NCBI GenBank assembly: GCA_030295235.1
Contig: AP026126.1
Location: 620,001-684,000, forward strand
DNA length: 64,000 nucleotides
Origin: Fistulifera solaris
Taxonomy: Eukaryota
Reading direction: 5' to 3'
This document shows positions 63,162 to 64,000 of this stretch, piece by piece (position 1 is the stretch's first letter; each line of letters opens with the position of its first letter). The notes beneath the pieces were generated by a model. The model did not search any database. It was not told the DNA's origin and saw nothing but the letters and a program-made list of their open reading frames with translations. The translations under genes were made by a program, and so were the position numbers.

Positions 63162-64000
63162 GGTGATGAGTATAAAAAGTTCGTTTTTGATGAGAATGTC
63201 TACATAAAGTAGAAAGCGAAACGAAAGCGTAAAGCGTAACACACCCTCGAATCTCCGATGCAGATACCACCGGGGGCCCGGGGGCAAAGAAAGCACGATA
63301 GGGGCGAGGATGGCCTTTTCAAGAATTCTTGGTCCTTTTTACTTTCTGCCTCGGACCTCGGCCGTCGGAGTTCGGAGTTACCAGGTATTTACAGACAGTT
63401 CGAGATGGCGCATGTCGCTCGTGCGATTGGGCATTGGGATTGGGATTGGGGTTCCTTTTGAAAACAAATAGATCGATACTAAATTATTTTGTTAAGGTTG
63501 AGTTCTCACCTTGAATATCCTTGAATATGAACGTTTAACCGCTCATTAACTGTGTCGACGCAAATGGATAATATACTAGGAATCAAGTTACGTTTCGCTT
63601 TTATTGTACTTGAAGACTGTTGAATTGTTGAATTTCAAGAGGACCACAATTATGACCCTTTATCTTAAATCCTTTATCGCTCGTAAACTTAGAGTATGAC
63701 TGCGCTGTAGTTACGGTTACCAAAGGAGTGGTTACGGAGTATGATTTTTAGATTGTAATCACATGTTACATGTGACAGGCTAAACTAGCTATGGAGGTTA
63801 GCAGTTAGAGAGGGATTAAAATCTCTGGTCAATTGGGATTATCAGATGCCTTTTACAAAGCTAGCAATGCAGCCTTCAACTGACAAAACTAGCTTGAAAG
63901 TCGCCTTATCCATGTGTTAAACACGGACTAGACCCGAAGGCAATTACGCGGATGAAGTTGACTTTGTTAAGGAAGGAAATGGCTGGATTTTTTAGTCGAC

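Overview
Gene-dense eukaryotic nuclear DNA, most likely from a pennate diatom. This is inferred from a DUF6824 protein, several HSF-type factors, a diatom-type class C GPCR, ASAFAP-like plastid signals and short 55-170 bp GT-AG introns. About 27 protein-coding genes can be supported. Many conserved genes are split by single-base indels, mostly at homopolymers, which looks like assembly error rather than biology. The most notable items are: (1) a class C GPCR whose ectodomain is a full 5'-nucleotidase fold with the metal-binding motifs erased but nucleotide-pocket residues kept, a candidate extracellular nucleotide receptor; (2) a 1250-aa protein whose C-terminus resembles the TPLATE/beta-COP appendage; (3) a spliced secreted Cys-rich peptide that the ORF track truncates; (4) a tandem pair of divergent HSF genes, one with two DNA-binding domains and shared intron positions; (5) an internally deleted PIF/Harbinger-like element with palindromic subterminal arrays; (6) a VPS18 with a RING lacking most Zn ligands, an SLC34 with altered substrate motifs, and a perfect 40-bp palindrome. 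All family calls come from motif recognition by eye; no searches were run.
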